Shown in pieces: positions 12,241 to 24,897 of a stretch of DNA of 64,000 bases. This DNA comes from Haliotis cracherodii (lineage: Eukaryota). Position numbers and translations under genes: made by a program. The stretch spans positions 77,376,001 to 77,440,000 of the forward strand of contig NW_027266264.1 in assembly GCF_022045235.1 (NCBI RefSeq), read 5' to 3'. Position 1 is the stretch's first letter; every line of letters begins with the position of its first letter. The notes beneath the pieces were generated by a model. That model did not search any database, was not told the DNA's origin, and saw only the letters and a list, made by a program, of their open reading frames with translations.

Positions 12241-12821
12241 TTTTGGCAAAAGCCTAAGCATTATATCTGAGGCTTGAAAATATGATCTCATTTTGATTTT
12301 GAACAGTACATATTTTTAAAGTTTTAAACGTTTAAGTTGATCAGCTCTATTGTTATAATTCAAGTTGCAGAAACAAAAATGCAACTGTGTTTATACTGTA
12401 TCAAGTGGAAATGTTTATACAAAAAAATAATTTCATAAATATACGATAACATTGGTTTGATGTGAAGGGTATCAGTTCATGTTTGTCTTCTCCTAAGGAT
12501 AGTAATTAGGATGATAGCATCTCCTCCTGTATCTCTATTTCCACCACCGACACCAGCTATCACACCACTTGTATCACATCCAGACCTCACACTGAGACGG
12601 TCACTCCCGAACGATACTCCACCTACCGGATTCGTCTTAACGCCCACAGCATTAATGTTTTTCTTCAAATTAATGCTGTTCAAGGACTACATAATCACTC
12701 TTTATTTCTAAGTTTAGCTTCTGAATAATTGCGATAATAAGATATAACCACGGGAAGGGATGCTATCTTGCTTTAGGTAATTTGAAAGAACGATAGAGGA
12801 TAAAGGCCCATTTAGGCCGAC

Positions 12822-13019
12822 CTAGTGTCAAATTCTATAGTTAAGGATAACTTTGAAATATTGAGATAAACATTCTCAGATATGCCCAAAAGGCAGACAG
12901 CTTGCCTTTTGCATTTCTTACACTTTCAAGCTCTGAATTTCTTACATTATTAGATACTTTTGTATAAGTAAGTGTTTCGAAGTTTCAAAGAATTTCTCAA
13001 AATGAATTTGTGACCCTAG
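12822..13019. mobile_element. Possible old foldback MITE
   Basis: ctagtgtcaaattc...ctttgaaa on the left and ctagggtcacaaattc...ctttgaaa (reverse complement of the right end) form degenerate ~40-bp inverted ends. Confidence 0.35.
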
Positions 13020-13219
13020 ATGATTTAGTTACTGTATTACTGTACTGATATACAAGGAAGAAAGTTCTATGGATATACACCTTCTATATAACAATGTGTA
13101 GATACATACACCGTTATGAAGAAAGTGGCGTGGCATTCATTGTAATATGGAAGTTATATCCATATATCTCACTTGTTCATCATACCAACTTGTAAATGGC
13201 ACTTTAAGAAGTGACTGTA

Positions 13220-13378
13220 CAGTAGACTACGGTTAAAACGAACACGCTTGTAACGAACTGACGTATATAACGAACTTACTTTTTGGTCCCGACTATTTGC
13301 TGTAGTTATGCTGTATATATGCTTATAACGAACTAAAATTAGTAGTCCCTTTGAGTTCGTTATAACTGTAGTTTACTG
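13220..13378. mobile_element. Tc1/mariner-pogo (Tigger-like) MITE
   Basis: TA-CAGTAGACTACGGTTAAAACGAAC ... GTTCGTTATAACTGTAGTTTACTG-TA: 24-bp terminal inverted repeats, TA duplication and internal tataacgaac repeats. Confidence 0.9.
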
Positions 13379-13661
13379 TATCTACATCTCCAGAAACATT
13401 CAGATAACGTTATGTTAAAAGAAAACCCTTTTCGCGAGCCATTATACTCAGACAGTTTGACATGTTGTAGCTTTGCCTGTACATGTAGTGAAGTAAGTGT
13501 AAGCTATACAAGTGTTGATATGAACATGAGCACTATGAGAATATAATCCCCATTCATATGAGCGCATCCATATCTAAAGGTTTTAGCTCATTTCATCTGT
13601 AATGCAGAATCAGTGAGCCAAAACACCGCCGTCCTCATGCCCAGATACCATATGTCAAGTA

Positions 13662-13818
13662 CAGAAAAATCGTTTATAACGAACACGCTTATAACGAACT
13701 GACGGATATAACGAACTTTCTTCGCGGCCATGTGCTGTATGTATGGTTATAACGAAGTACGGTTATAACAAACTAAATTAGTGGCCCATCTTGAGTTCCT
13801 AATAACCGTAGTTTACTG
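13662..13818. mobile_element. Second copy of the same MITE
   Basis: TA-cagaaaaatcgtttataacgaac ... aataaccgtagtttactg-TA. Confidence 0.85.
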
Positions 13819-14003
13819 TACATATTATTTTGATTAGTCTTTCGAATAAATGTACACGTGTACAGGGAGGTTGAAAACAAAGTCTGAGGAATATTGATAT
13901 TTCATTTCCATTTGACGCTCAAGAATGCAATACGTATTTCTGCCGTAGTGTTGTATGTACATATGTGAAGCGGTAGACGCGGGGAGCATTCTGGCATTGA
14001 GAT

Positions 14004-14047
14004 CATGAGACTTGCAACCATGAGACTTGCAACCATGAGACTTGCAA
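14004..14047. repeat. Three copies of a 15-bp repeat (catgagacttgcaac)
   Basis: Seen directly. Confidence 0.9.
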
Positions 14048-14314
14048 TTCAATCAGCTCTTGACGTTTGGCCTACTGTAAAGAGATCATTGAGATATACC
14101 GAAATACAGACACAGCTATCTCCTTACTTGCTTGGCATTTCATATGGGGATGTCCACTGACAATTTGAAACTTGTTTCAGTTCAATCTGTCTTTGCAGCT
14201 TCGGGTTGTGAAATCAAATCTTGCCTCTTAGAAAACAACAATATGACTGCAAACAGAGGCTTGTCATAAACTGCGGGGATTAGTGGGTTGTGAGTTTATG
14301 TGTTGATAAGTGGT

Positions 14315-14374
14315 TGAGTGAGTGAGTGAGTGATAGAGTGAGTGAGCGATAGAGTGAGTGATAGAGTGAGTGAG
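14315..14374. repeat. (GAGT)n microsatellite, interrupted
   Basis: gagtgagtgag...; the same motif as the tail of SINE families A and C on the minus strand. Confidence 0.85.
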
Positions 14375-14531
14375 AAAGCCACATCTAAAAACATTTAATT
14401 TCATGCATAGATAAAATGTTGCATTCTCTGAGATCTAACATTACTTTATGTTCTTTCAGCTATGTACTCCGACATTCATGAAATAGTTGTCACTATCAAT
14501 ACCACCTTTCTGACACCTCTGTACAAATGCC

Positions 14532-14799
14532 GACCCGTGAAGATCCGGGTTAGAACAGGTCTTCAGCACCCCATGCTTGCCGTAAAAGGCGATTATGCCT
14601 GTGGTAAGAGGCGACTAACGGGATCGGGTGGTCAGGCTCGCTGACTTGGTTGATACATGTCATCGTATCCCAAGTGCGTGGAACGATGCTCATGATATCA
14701 ATCACTGGATTGTCTGGTCCAGACTCGATTATGTAAAACCGCCGTCATATAGCTGGAATATTGCTGAGTGCGGCGTTAAACAACCAGCCAACCAACCAA
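14532..14799 (+). mobile_element. Family B short retroposon, full length
   Basis: Runs from gacccgtgaagatccgggttagaa to atatagctggaatattgctgagtgcggcgttaaacaa plus (CCAA)n. At least nine related copies occur in the window. Confidence 0.95.
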
Positions 14800-15597
14800 G
14801 TGTACAGTGGCTATGTTGCAATAAATATGTGTCACATTTGTAATCGAATACGTTTTGTATGAGAGAATCTCACACCAATGAAGTAACTCCATCTGCATGC
14901 TAATGAAAGAGTTCGAACATCACCTTTACACGCTAAAGTCTAACACACGTGGGTTAGCCCTTCGTTGTGTGGGCGCCGTTCAGATTCCGGGCCAGAACAG
15001 GTTACAGAAAAGGAACTGATTTATAAGAGGATTGGGTGGTTACATATGCGACCTGGCTGATTCTGTGTCTTCGTAACCCAGCGTTGGTAGTTACTCCCGA
15101 TACCATCTACTGACTTTTCTGACCCAAGTCTTTGGTGTGACTGCACATTCACTCTTGATTTACGGTAAAGACGCCAGTGAAGTATTCCGTAATTCAGATA
15201 TCTCCTTGCTTGTCATTTCTTGCTGTCACTCCCTTCTTGTGGGGATACATTCAAAGTATGAAATTATGCTTCCGGTCAGTGAGAAATCTCCGCTAACCCA
15301 ATAATAACTAATTGCTTCCTTGGTGACATTTATGAAACAGTGCTGTTCCCAATCATAGTAGTGCAGCCGGTCTTGGATGACATACACACACTGAACGATA
15401 CTTCTTACTGTCATGAAATATGCATTTATATTCAATACACAGGAATAGAGGTTGATGTGCAGGTTTATATATGCTACTGTATCGGCGTTCATTCGAAGTA
15501 GTTTACTGTACTGTCTATCTGTTCAGAATACAAAACACATGTACAGTTTTGCATAGTAGTTTCTGTCTAATTCCGATATATTACGTTTTTTATGAGG

Positions 15598-15815
15598 TTT
15601 TTTTTGTTGTTTAACGCCGTACTCAGCAATATGACGGCGGTCTGTAAATTATCGAGTCTGGAACAGACAATCCAGTGTTTGACCACATGTGCATCGATCC
15701 ACGCAATTGGGACACGATGACATGCATCAACCAAGTCAGCGAGCCTGACCACCCGATCCCGTTAGTCGCCTCTAATGACAAGCATGTGTTGCTGAAGACC
15801 TATTCTACCCCGGAT
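15598..15815 (-). mobile_element. Family B short retroposon
   Basis: ttgttgtttaacgccgtactcagcaata ... cccgttagtcgcctctaatgacaagcatgtgttgctgaagacctattctaccccgga. Confidence 0.93.
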
Positions 15816-16799
15816 TTTTAAAAATGAAAACCCACATGTCAACATTAGCATCGTTGTTCATTAATGCAGGCAACATATCAAATATAAAACAAATGAAAAC
15901 AAATTATTGAACACGCTTTACTGCACACCCAAATCGATAAATAAATTTCTTCACTAAAATTAGATTTGCAGTGTTATTTTCCATGGGTTGTTTTATATTT
16001 TTCAAATGACGTCGACGAGTCTTTATGTTGTTACCGTCGCCTCCCTGATGCATCCAACAAAACAGTGTCTGCATCTCTGACAGTGTAATTCTCTAAAAAA
16101 CATCCTTTAGCCGGCATGTGATATTCAATTTATTATTTAGTTCTAGCCCTTTAGTTATAAATACCTGGGATAATGTTCGCAGACAGAATCACCCCATATC
16201 CCGTAATCGTTGCTCATTTCATCGTCGACTTTTGTTAAAAATGCTTACACACCCTCTCACTTCTCCGGTTCCCCCATCGATCGTCAACGTTGATACTGAT
16301 GAGTTATTTATTTACTTCTTATCGCTTCATATTGTCAACGATAGTTGAGAAATGTCAATGATATTTTAGAAATAGACGAGATAATTCACTTCTCTTCAGC
16401 GGTAGCAATTGGCAGTCTCAGCGAAATCTACATCTTTGTGTAATGAAATATTGATACAGACAGCCGTACATAGTCTCTTTCCTTGCATCAATACATCTAA
16501 GGTGCAGAAACTTGATTGGCAAAGGTTGAATAAATAGCATTCATTTCGATCAATTTTCGAAAACAGACGCACCGTGATGTTTCTGTTTTCAAAACCACCA
16601 ACCGGAGTTAAAGAAAACAGAACAATAAGTCCCGAATGTGTTCATGAACGCATGAAAAAAATATACCAATTTTCACGACAGTTAACTTAAAGTTAAATCT
16701 ATTGTACGCGTTATCATCGAGGAATAAACAGAAATACAAACACACGCTTTCGAATATCGAAATCATGGAATTAAGCGGCTGCGGTTACAGTATCCAATG

Positions 16800-17935
16800 G
16801 GCACCCGTATTGAGAAGACAACGTGCGTATCTTCACTTGTTCACCTTGTCATTAGACCACCCGTACCTATCTAAGACTTGTGTGAAGACAACGGTCTTAT
16901 CTTCACTTGTTCACCTTGCCATTAGACCACCCGTACCTATCTACGACTTGTGTGAAGACAACGGTCGTATCTTCACTTGTTCACCTTGTCATTAGACCAC
17001 CCGTACCTGTCTACGACTTGTGTGAAGACAATGTGCATATCTTCACTTGTTCAACCTTGTCATTAGACCACCCGTACCTATCTACGACTTGTGTGAAGAC
17101 AACGTGCGTATCTTCACTTGTCCACCTTGTCATTAGACCACCCGTACCTATCTACGACTTTCGTGAGCACCACATAAGATAAGATTTTATTATCCCAAGG
17201 GAAATTCATATTGCACAGTTGATTAGAACTAAAATATGTCAAAAAGAAAATATAAGATATCAACATATGTACATTAGAAAATAAGGCACTTACTAATACA
17301 ACCCCAGGTAAAAAACGCTTGTATCTTCAGTTGTCAACCTTGCCATTTGGCCACCCGTACCTATCTACGACTTGTGTGAAGTCAACGGTGTCATCTCCAT
17401 TCACGAACCCTTACAATTGGGCCACCCGCAGCTACCTACGACATATGCGAAGACAACGGCCGATTCTTCAGTTGTCAACCTTGCCATTAGGCCACCTGCA
17501 CCTATATACGACGTGTGGAGTCTACGGTCTTATCTTCAGTTACTAAACCTTACAACTGGGCAACCCGCATCTACCTACGACATATGTGAAGACAACGGTC
17601 GTATGTGAAGACAACGGTCGTATCTTCTGTTGCCGACCCTTACCTACACCCATCTACGACGTGTGTGAAGTCGACGGTCGTATCTCCAATTGACGCACCT
17701 ACCACTGGGCCAACTACACCTATCTACGGCTTGTGTGAAGTCGACGGTTGTATCTCTAGTTGACGCACCTACCACTGGGCCACCTACACCTATCTACGGC
17801 TTGTGTGAAGTCGACGGTTGTATCTCTAGTTGACGCACCTACCACTGGGCCACCTACACCTATCTACGGCTTGTGTGAAGTCGACGGTTGTATCTCTAGT
17901 TGACGCACCTACCACTGGGCCACCGTACCTGCCCC
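16800..17935. repeat. 70-bp minisatellite in two arms, interrupted at about 17165-17317
   Basis: Left unit gtgaagacaacggtcgtatcttcacttgttcaccttgtcattagaccacccgtacctatctacgacttgt. The right-end variant also has a 70-bp period (accactgggc at 17701, 17771, 17841, 17911). Confidence 0.95.
17172..17315 (-). mobile_element. Probable 3' end of a Rex1/L2-like LINE inserted in the minisatellite
   Basis: Minus strand ends gaatttcccttgggataataaaatcttatcttat: a stem-loop, an AATAAA and short tandem tail repeats, as is typical of such 3' ends. Confidence 0.5.
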
Positions 17936-19067
17936 CGGGGAGACCATCCTTGTGACATCGTTTCGCTGGGCCAGTTCAACACAACAGCCCCTTGTGTGAG
18001 ACCACGGTCACTCTTTCTTTAGTCAATGCATATATCACATACAGCCGCCAACAAACTCGCATATACATGTGTGTTGTCAGGTATGGACTACTGACTTGAG
18101 TAGACGTCTAAGATCGGTCGTGTGCATACATTGACGTTAATGACTTAGTACACAACTAAAGAATGATTCTTGTCTTGTTTCCTTCTAATCTCAGTTTTTT
18201 CCTCATTATAAGATTGATGGCAAGATTAATGATTTGTGTCCAAGAAAGGTAATCTTTTGTGATCGTATCTCAAAGGACTGCTTCACGTCATGGCAAAAAA
18301 ACGTTCCCTCCAGATAGTCTCTAACATATGTCTATTAAAATGTTTTACTTCAAGTCATTTTTTAAAACAATTTACCAATAACCGATGACTCAGTAACAGG
18401 ATCCAGACAATTATATAGATGAAGAAAGTGTACAATGGAGAAAATAAGATGTGAGATTACCGTTAATGTGCGTACGAATGGAGATGAATTGTTACTTGTA
18501 TCGTATTTTCACAGAGGGATCCGTTAATCAAAGCAGGAAATATTAAAAAAATATTCCACATCCAAATTTGTTTGATGAATATGTGCTCAGAGCAATAAAC
18601 ACAGTGTCTCATTTATAGGCAGAAATATCCTAATTGTGGCATTAATACATGAGTACGTCAAAGGTTGAATATGATTCGATATTTTGAACATCCCAACTGA
18701 CTCTTGATTGTGGTTTAGATATCACCGGCACATAGAAGCGAGTCATCAATCTCTGACGAGCCAGTCTTTGATCTGTGTATGACAGTATGATAGTTGAGGC
18801 TTTGCGAATGCGGAGTGCTGACTTAACAGCCCCATTTGCATGTGGAAGAAAAACGAGGGGACACAGAAACTGACAGGGAATAATTTGCAATGTGCATTGT
18901 CAATATCAGTAAAGGCCATATTCGGTGCCTTGAGGACAACATGAGTGATGCTTCTATGGTTATTTACATGAATGATGACACTCCCGAACTACCACGTGGA
19001 ACTAACTGCGTCATAGAGTACTGGGGCCCAATTAACAAACGTGATAGTAGCTCTGTTACTGTCATAA

Positions 19068-19276
19068 CTGTTATTAATAATCGAGCCTGGACCAGTCAAT
19101 CTAGTGATTGACATCATGAACATCCATCTACTCAATTGGGATACGATGACATGCATCAACCAAGTCAGTGAGTCTGACCACCCGATCCCGTTAGTCGCCT
19201 CTTACGACAGGCATAGTCGCCTTTTACAGCAAGCATGGGTTGCTGAAGACCTATTCTACCCCGGATTTTCAACGGT
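19068..19276 (-). mobile_element. Family B short retroposon (tail missing)
   Basis: aataatcgagcctggaccag...gtcgcctcttacgacaggcatagtcgccttttacagcaagcatgggttgctgaagacc. Confidence 0.93.
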
Positions 19277-19904
19277 TTCATTCATTGTTACGTGTCCAAG
19301 TGCGTTATGTGTGCGCGTACGTGCAGGTACATGGCACTCGCATGTGGTAGATGGAGTACTATGAGTCATTATGCGTTTGTTGTTGTCACAAAGTGCAATA
19401 GGATTTATCTATGACCATGGACAGCTGATGCCATCTTTGAAACGCTTAATGAGCGTAGTTTTAATTTTAATTGTCGCTTTTGTAGGACTCCTTTGCATGT
19501 CACAGATGCGAAGATGAATGCTCTAGACTAAATGCATTCTTGACGCCAATCTGATGAATTCCATGCATGGGTAATGACATATCTGACGAGTGAGTGAATG
19601 ATGTTCAAACCACAATCAGCTAAAATACGGAAGAATTGACCAGATACGTGCATATACCCAAAGATGATCAGCCATGTCCCTCAATATGACCACCCAATCC
19701 TCATTGACTCTTACGACAAGCTTGGGACACAGAGTCCTATATCATCAGATACTGTACATGCGTGAAGGCAGAGACACAGCGAATTGCCCATTCATTCGCA
19801 CATGTATATCTGAGATGAATTTATTGTACAAAGAGAAACATAATAGCAGAGGCGTGAATGAGGAATTTGGTTTCATTTGTATAACAGTTTTAAGCATGGT
19901 TTAA

Positions 19905-20093
19905 CACGGGACCCGCTGTACAGGGTTGCCTCCCTTATAAAGCTATGATCGTGGGTTCGGATCCATTATGTTTCGTGGTTTGTCGGCACCATACCCTTGC
20001 CCGTGTAATGTTCTAAAGTTATAAAACCTGCATCACTTTCCAACACAGCTGACACTGTGATATAACTGATATACTGTTCTAATCCCATTCACC
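19905..20093 (+). mobile_element. Old family C SINE
   Basis: ctatgatcgtgggttcggatcc, ggtttgtcggcaccataccc, acctgcatcactt and agctgacactgtgatataactg are collinear with 36645-36902. Confidence 0.7.
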
Positions 20094-20203
20094 AAGATCG
20101 GAGACAGGTTAAAACATTCTATTTCTACTTGCCCACTCTATAAAGGTGGATTTATCATATATCCCATACTAATCCCTATATATGAGACTGCTGAGCGAGT
20201 ATA

Positions 20204-20367
20204 TAGTAAACTACGTTTATAACGAACACGCTTATAACGAACCGGCGGATATAACGAACTGTTTTTTTTGTCCCGGCCATTTGCTGTATATATGCTTATA
20301 AAGAACTACGGTTATAACGAACTAAACTTTGTGGTCCCTTTGAGTTCGTTGTAACCGCAGTTTACTG
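20204..20367. mobile_element. Third copy of the Tigger-like MITE
   Basis: tagtaaactacgtttataacgaac ... gttcgttgtaaccgcagtttactg. Confidence 0.88.
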
Positions 20368-21332
20368 AATGTGCTTTGTGCTACAGTAACTTATACTCCA
20401 ACGTACCCCGATGTCGCAGATCGCTGCTCGAAATAACGACTCCAGGTTTGACAAGGGAAGACTGTAATATTTACAGGCCGTCGTTTTAAAACTTGAACAA
20501 AGCTGCGAAAAATAATATTCACTCACTCAAACATTTTTGACATGTTGTTCATTATCGGTAACCGATTAATTATATATTTTTTAAATAAAATAAACATGTA
20601 CTGATTGAAAGTTTCTTTCCATGTTTGATGAAATTAGCCTAGCTAACAAATTTACCGATTTTAAATTCTAATTTGTCACAAAACAATAGTTGACATTCAA
20701 GTAATTGATGTCAGAATATTTATGATCCTAAAACCTTTAAGAATCTTTTGTCTTCTTAACATTTTAATTTTGCGGGGAAAAAATCTTTTTCATGATTACC
20801 AGTTGTCGTACAAATCTCTAAAAGAATCAGATGCAAAGAACTTCGAAGATCAGGTCGAAATGATGTGACCATCGATTCCACATAAACCACTCTAACTGTA
20901 TGTGTTAATTGCATTTTATGGGACAGGTAACCATAAACTTCAAGTTCTGTGCCAACCACATGGTTCAGGTCCATAAAACGGCAAACTTTTTTGCGAGTGT
21001 TTCATGTAGCCACTAGATATAAAAGGAGATCGGACGGTCTGTGAGATATAAAATAAAGATTATCCTTCCAAGTGATTTATAACATATTTATCATGGTGGG
21101 GCAGGTTGCTGGTTGCAGTTTAACGCTGTAAAAACCATCAATTAATTGTTGTTGTTTCATATAATCGGCAGTTGGGAATGGTTGAATTCGAGTCGCAGTA
21201 AATAGGAAGATAAGCATCTTTTGAATGATGGATTAATAGCAATAACAGGACCATGCGGCGTATGAGAAACAAGGAGCTGTTAAAAAACATTGGAAGAAAT
21301 AATTATGATTCTCTGTAGAGTGGATACGAAGT

Positions 21333-21592
21333 TTGGTTTGTTCTTTAACGCTGCACTCAACAATATTCCAGCTGTATGACGATGGTCTGTAAATAATCGA
21401 GTCTGGACAAGACAATCTAGTGATTAATATCATGAGCATCGATCCACGCAATTGGGATCGATGACATGCATCAACCAAGTCAGCGAACCTGACCACCCGA
21501 TCCCGTTAGTCGCCTCTCACGACAAGCATAGCCGCCTTTTACGGCAAGCATGGGTTGCTGATGACCTATTCTACCCCGGATCTTCACGGGTC
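21333..21592 (-). mobile_element. Family B short retroposon, full length with TSD
   Basis: Complete head to tail. Flanked by tggatacgaagt (21321-21332) and tggatacgaggt (21593-21604). Confidence 0.95.
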
Positions 21593-21617
21593 TGGATACG
21601 AGGTAGTCTTCACACGA

Positions 21618-21758
21618 TGGGTGATGGTTTAGCTTAGTGTCACACTGTCCTGAGTTGTATTTCCCACACTGGCACATGGTGTGAGGTCCATTTCTTGTGT
21701 CATTCTTCTTGCTTCTTGACAGGAATATTGCTACAATCACAACTCATTCACACTCACT
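21618..21758 (+). mobile_element. Highly diverged family A SINE
   Basis: tagcttagtg, ttcccacac, gtgtgaggtccatttcttgtgtc, ggaatattgcta, cactcact. Confidence 0.6.
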
Positions 21759-22004
21759 TATGGTAGAAGAGATCGTTATACAATGTTCTGGATAAGACGG
21801 GGTACGAATGGTCACAGTAGCTGATACGTAGGACTTGATAAGGACAGGCTGCCACGTTAGAGCTGACACCTCATTCATATTGACGTGTGCCAATCAAGGA
21901 CAACGATACGTGATTAAGATCATGTGAATGTAACAATGATATTTCTCCAAGTAAGGAATCATCAAGACCGACAAAAGCGGCAACCAATATACACAATGTT
22001 TCTG

Positions 22005-23270
22005 TTTGAAGCATTGGTTACACACAATACATGCTTCTGTAGGGCGGCTGTCTTTAAGATAAGACATTGAAGCAGAGCTTACACTAAATACATGCTTCTG
22101 TAGGGCGGCTGTCTTTAAGATAAGACATTGAAGCAGAGCTTACACTAAATACATGCTTCTGTAGGGCGGCTGTCTTTAAGATAAGACATTGAAGCAGAGC
22201 TTACACTAAATACATGCTTCTGTAGGGCGGCTGTCTTTCAGATAAGACATTGAAGCAGAGCTTACACTAAACACATGCTTCTGTAGGGCGGCTGTCTTTC
22301 AGATAAGACATTGAAGCAGAGCTTACACTAAATACATGCTTCTGTAGGGCGGCTGTCTTACAAGATGAGACATTGAAGCAGAGCTTACACTAAATACATG
22401 CTTCTGTAGGGCGGCTATCTTTAAGGATGAGACATTGAAGCAGAGGTTACACACAATACAAGATTCTATAGGGCGTCTGTCTTACAAGATGAGACATTGA
22501 AGCAGAGCTTACACTAAATACATGCTTCTGTAGGGCGGCTGTCTTTCAGGATGAAACATCATAGCACAGGTTACACACAATACAAGATTCTATAGGGCGT
22601 CTGTCTTACAAGATGAGACACTGTATCGTAGGTGACACGAAATACATGATTATGTAAGTGTGTGTGAGCAGATAACGCTGGAGCGTACGTTACATACAGC
22701 AGAAGATTACGTGGAGCAGCTGTGTTAGAAGGTGGAACACTAGCACGGATTACACACACTGCATGCTTCTGTAGGGCGGATGTCTTTCAGGACGAATCAT
22801 TGTTGCATTGGTTACACACAATACATGCTTCTGTAGGGCGGCTGTCTTTCAGGATGAAGCATTGTTGCATTGGTTACACACAATATATGCTTCTGTAGGG
22901 CGGCTGTCTTTCAGGATGAAGCATTGTTGCATTGGTTACACACAATTTATGCTTCTGTAGGGCGGCTGTCTTTCAGGATGAAGCATTGTTGCATTGGTTA
23001 CACACAATTTATGCTTCTGTAGGGCGGCTGTCTTTCAGGATGAAGCATTGTTGCATTGGTTACACACAATATATGCTTCTGTAGGGCGGCTGTCTTTCAG
23101 GATGAAGCATTGTTGCATTGGTTACACACAATTTATGCTTCTGTAGGGCGGCTGTCTTTCAGGATGAAGCATTGTTGCATTGGTTACACACAATTTATGC
23201 TTCTGTAGGGCGGCTGTCTTTCAGGATGAAGCATTGTTGCATTAGTTACACACAATTTATGCTTCTGTAA
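22005..23270. repeat. 61/62-bp minisatellite with two separately homogenised sub-arrays
   Basis: Core atgcttctgtagggcggctgtcttt. Period is 61 bp at about 22030-22550 and 62 bp at about 22765-23270, with a diverged junction between them. Confidence 0.97.
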
Positions 23271-24897
23271 AGTGACTGTTAGAAGATAGAACGTTGTAGC
23301 AGAGATTGTAGATAAATGATACTGAAAACTGAAGGACAAGTGGCATACAAGATGGATAAAAGTATTGTAGAAATAGTTTCATGACAACCTCAACAACTTT
23401 TATATTCTCATACAACATGAAAAAATGGATAAGTATTCTAAAATTCACTTCCTCTTATAAAAACTGTGACACTATCTGAAATAACCATTCCGCATTTTCA
23501 CAGAATTGCTCGGATGTGTGAAAAATTGCGTTAAGTCGTGTATAAAAATTTAAAAGGAGCCGCAGGACAAATCCGCAGTAAATGAGAACCTAAGAAGGTC
23601 GACTCGTAAGACGTTACAGAGGACTAGATCAACAAACTCATCCGTAAAACCAATCCTGGTTTCAATTTGTGTCCCCGGATTCTTATATACTCTTCATCTT
23701 GTGCAGTCGGGTAAAGAAAATTTGGGACAAAAACCCACCTAGAGCATCTAACGTTTGAAACTAAATGTTGTTAAAATCCCAATGACAGCACACAATCATG
23801 ACAGTTTCGCGAAATAACCGTTAACCCTGGCAGGGGACTATACGTGGCAGTAGTAAGGGGGACAAATAGAAACTATTTGCTTGCCTAAATATCACGTTTT
23901 TACACCAGACTAGGGGGCTTATCTCAAGTCCAATCCGCCGAGCCTCAATTGAAAAATCAAATCCGATCACGCTAGTCTATTAGAAATGATCCGCCAGGGA
24001 TTCGAAACCCGGCTTTTTATCCTTGATTGGAGGGACACACACTGAAGGAAAGGGGTATTGATTAAGAACTCTTCAATTGATGGAGACTAAAAACGCGGGT
24101 ATTGACCGCCACCTTGCCACAGGGGTACAAACCCTTGCTCCATTACGATCAATCTGTTAGATAGCCAGATCAGACAAAGTGGGTTCCCTCGTACGCTCTA
24201 ATACCAGACTCGGAACTTATTTCCCACATCAGGGGCGCTGCCCGGAGCTTGTCTGGGGAGTCTTTACGGATCTGAGATTCTAACAGAGAATTGGTTCAGT
24301 GGCAGAAACCCCCCGTGAGCTTTAATGCCAGACTTTGAGCATATTTAGTACATGAGGGACACTGCCTTGAGCTTTGATTCCTGGAATTCCTTCCTTCTTG
24401 TGATAACAACTTTCCCCAGGCGTCAAGATGCGATATATGTTCTGGGAATGTTCTCGTTTTCATAATATTCGTCAGACATAAATATGATGCCCCGAGTTTT
24501 CGAACCTCCAAGGAAGTAAAGACTATGTCTGTCTTTTACCATTTATTAAACAGAATGCACTCGGACCCAATTTAAGACAGCTCGTCGCTTGTAAGAACAC
24601 CTAGGCCACTGATCAACGGTATATATTCAGCCTATATGCCCACATAGATTATTGGTAACCTAAACACGTGATGCAGGCTTTGTTTATCCAGCTGCAAGTC
24701 CCACAACTCCGTTGGTGTTTTTGTGACGTAAGGTCATATGTATCTGGTGGTTTATTGCATATATATTGTGTATATTGTTCTTCTATATGCATACCGATAA
24801 CACCATAATCAAAATGAACATGTTCCGTTGATAATGTTCTAACGTTATGAATTGTTTGGAAATCATTATTCATAATATAAATATTATTTCCACATGA

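Noticed and set aside
14462-14843. Recurrent short ORFs such as MVRLADLVD and MTCINQVSE
   Set aside because: These are chance frames within the non-coding family B repeat; stops and frames differ among copies.
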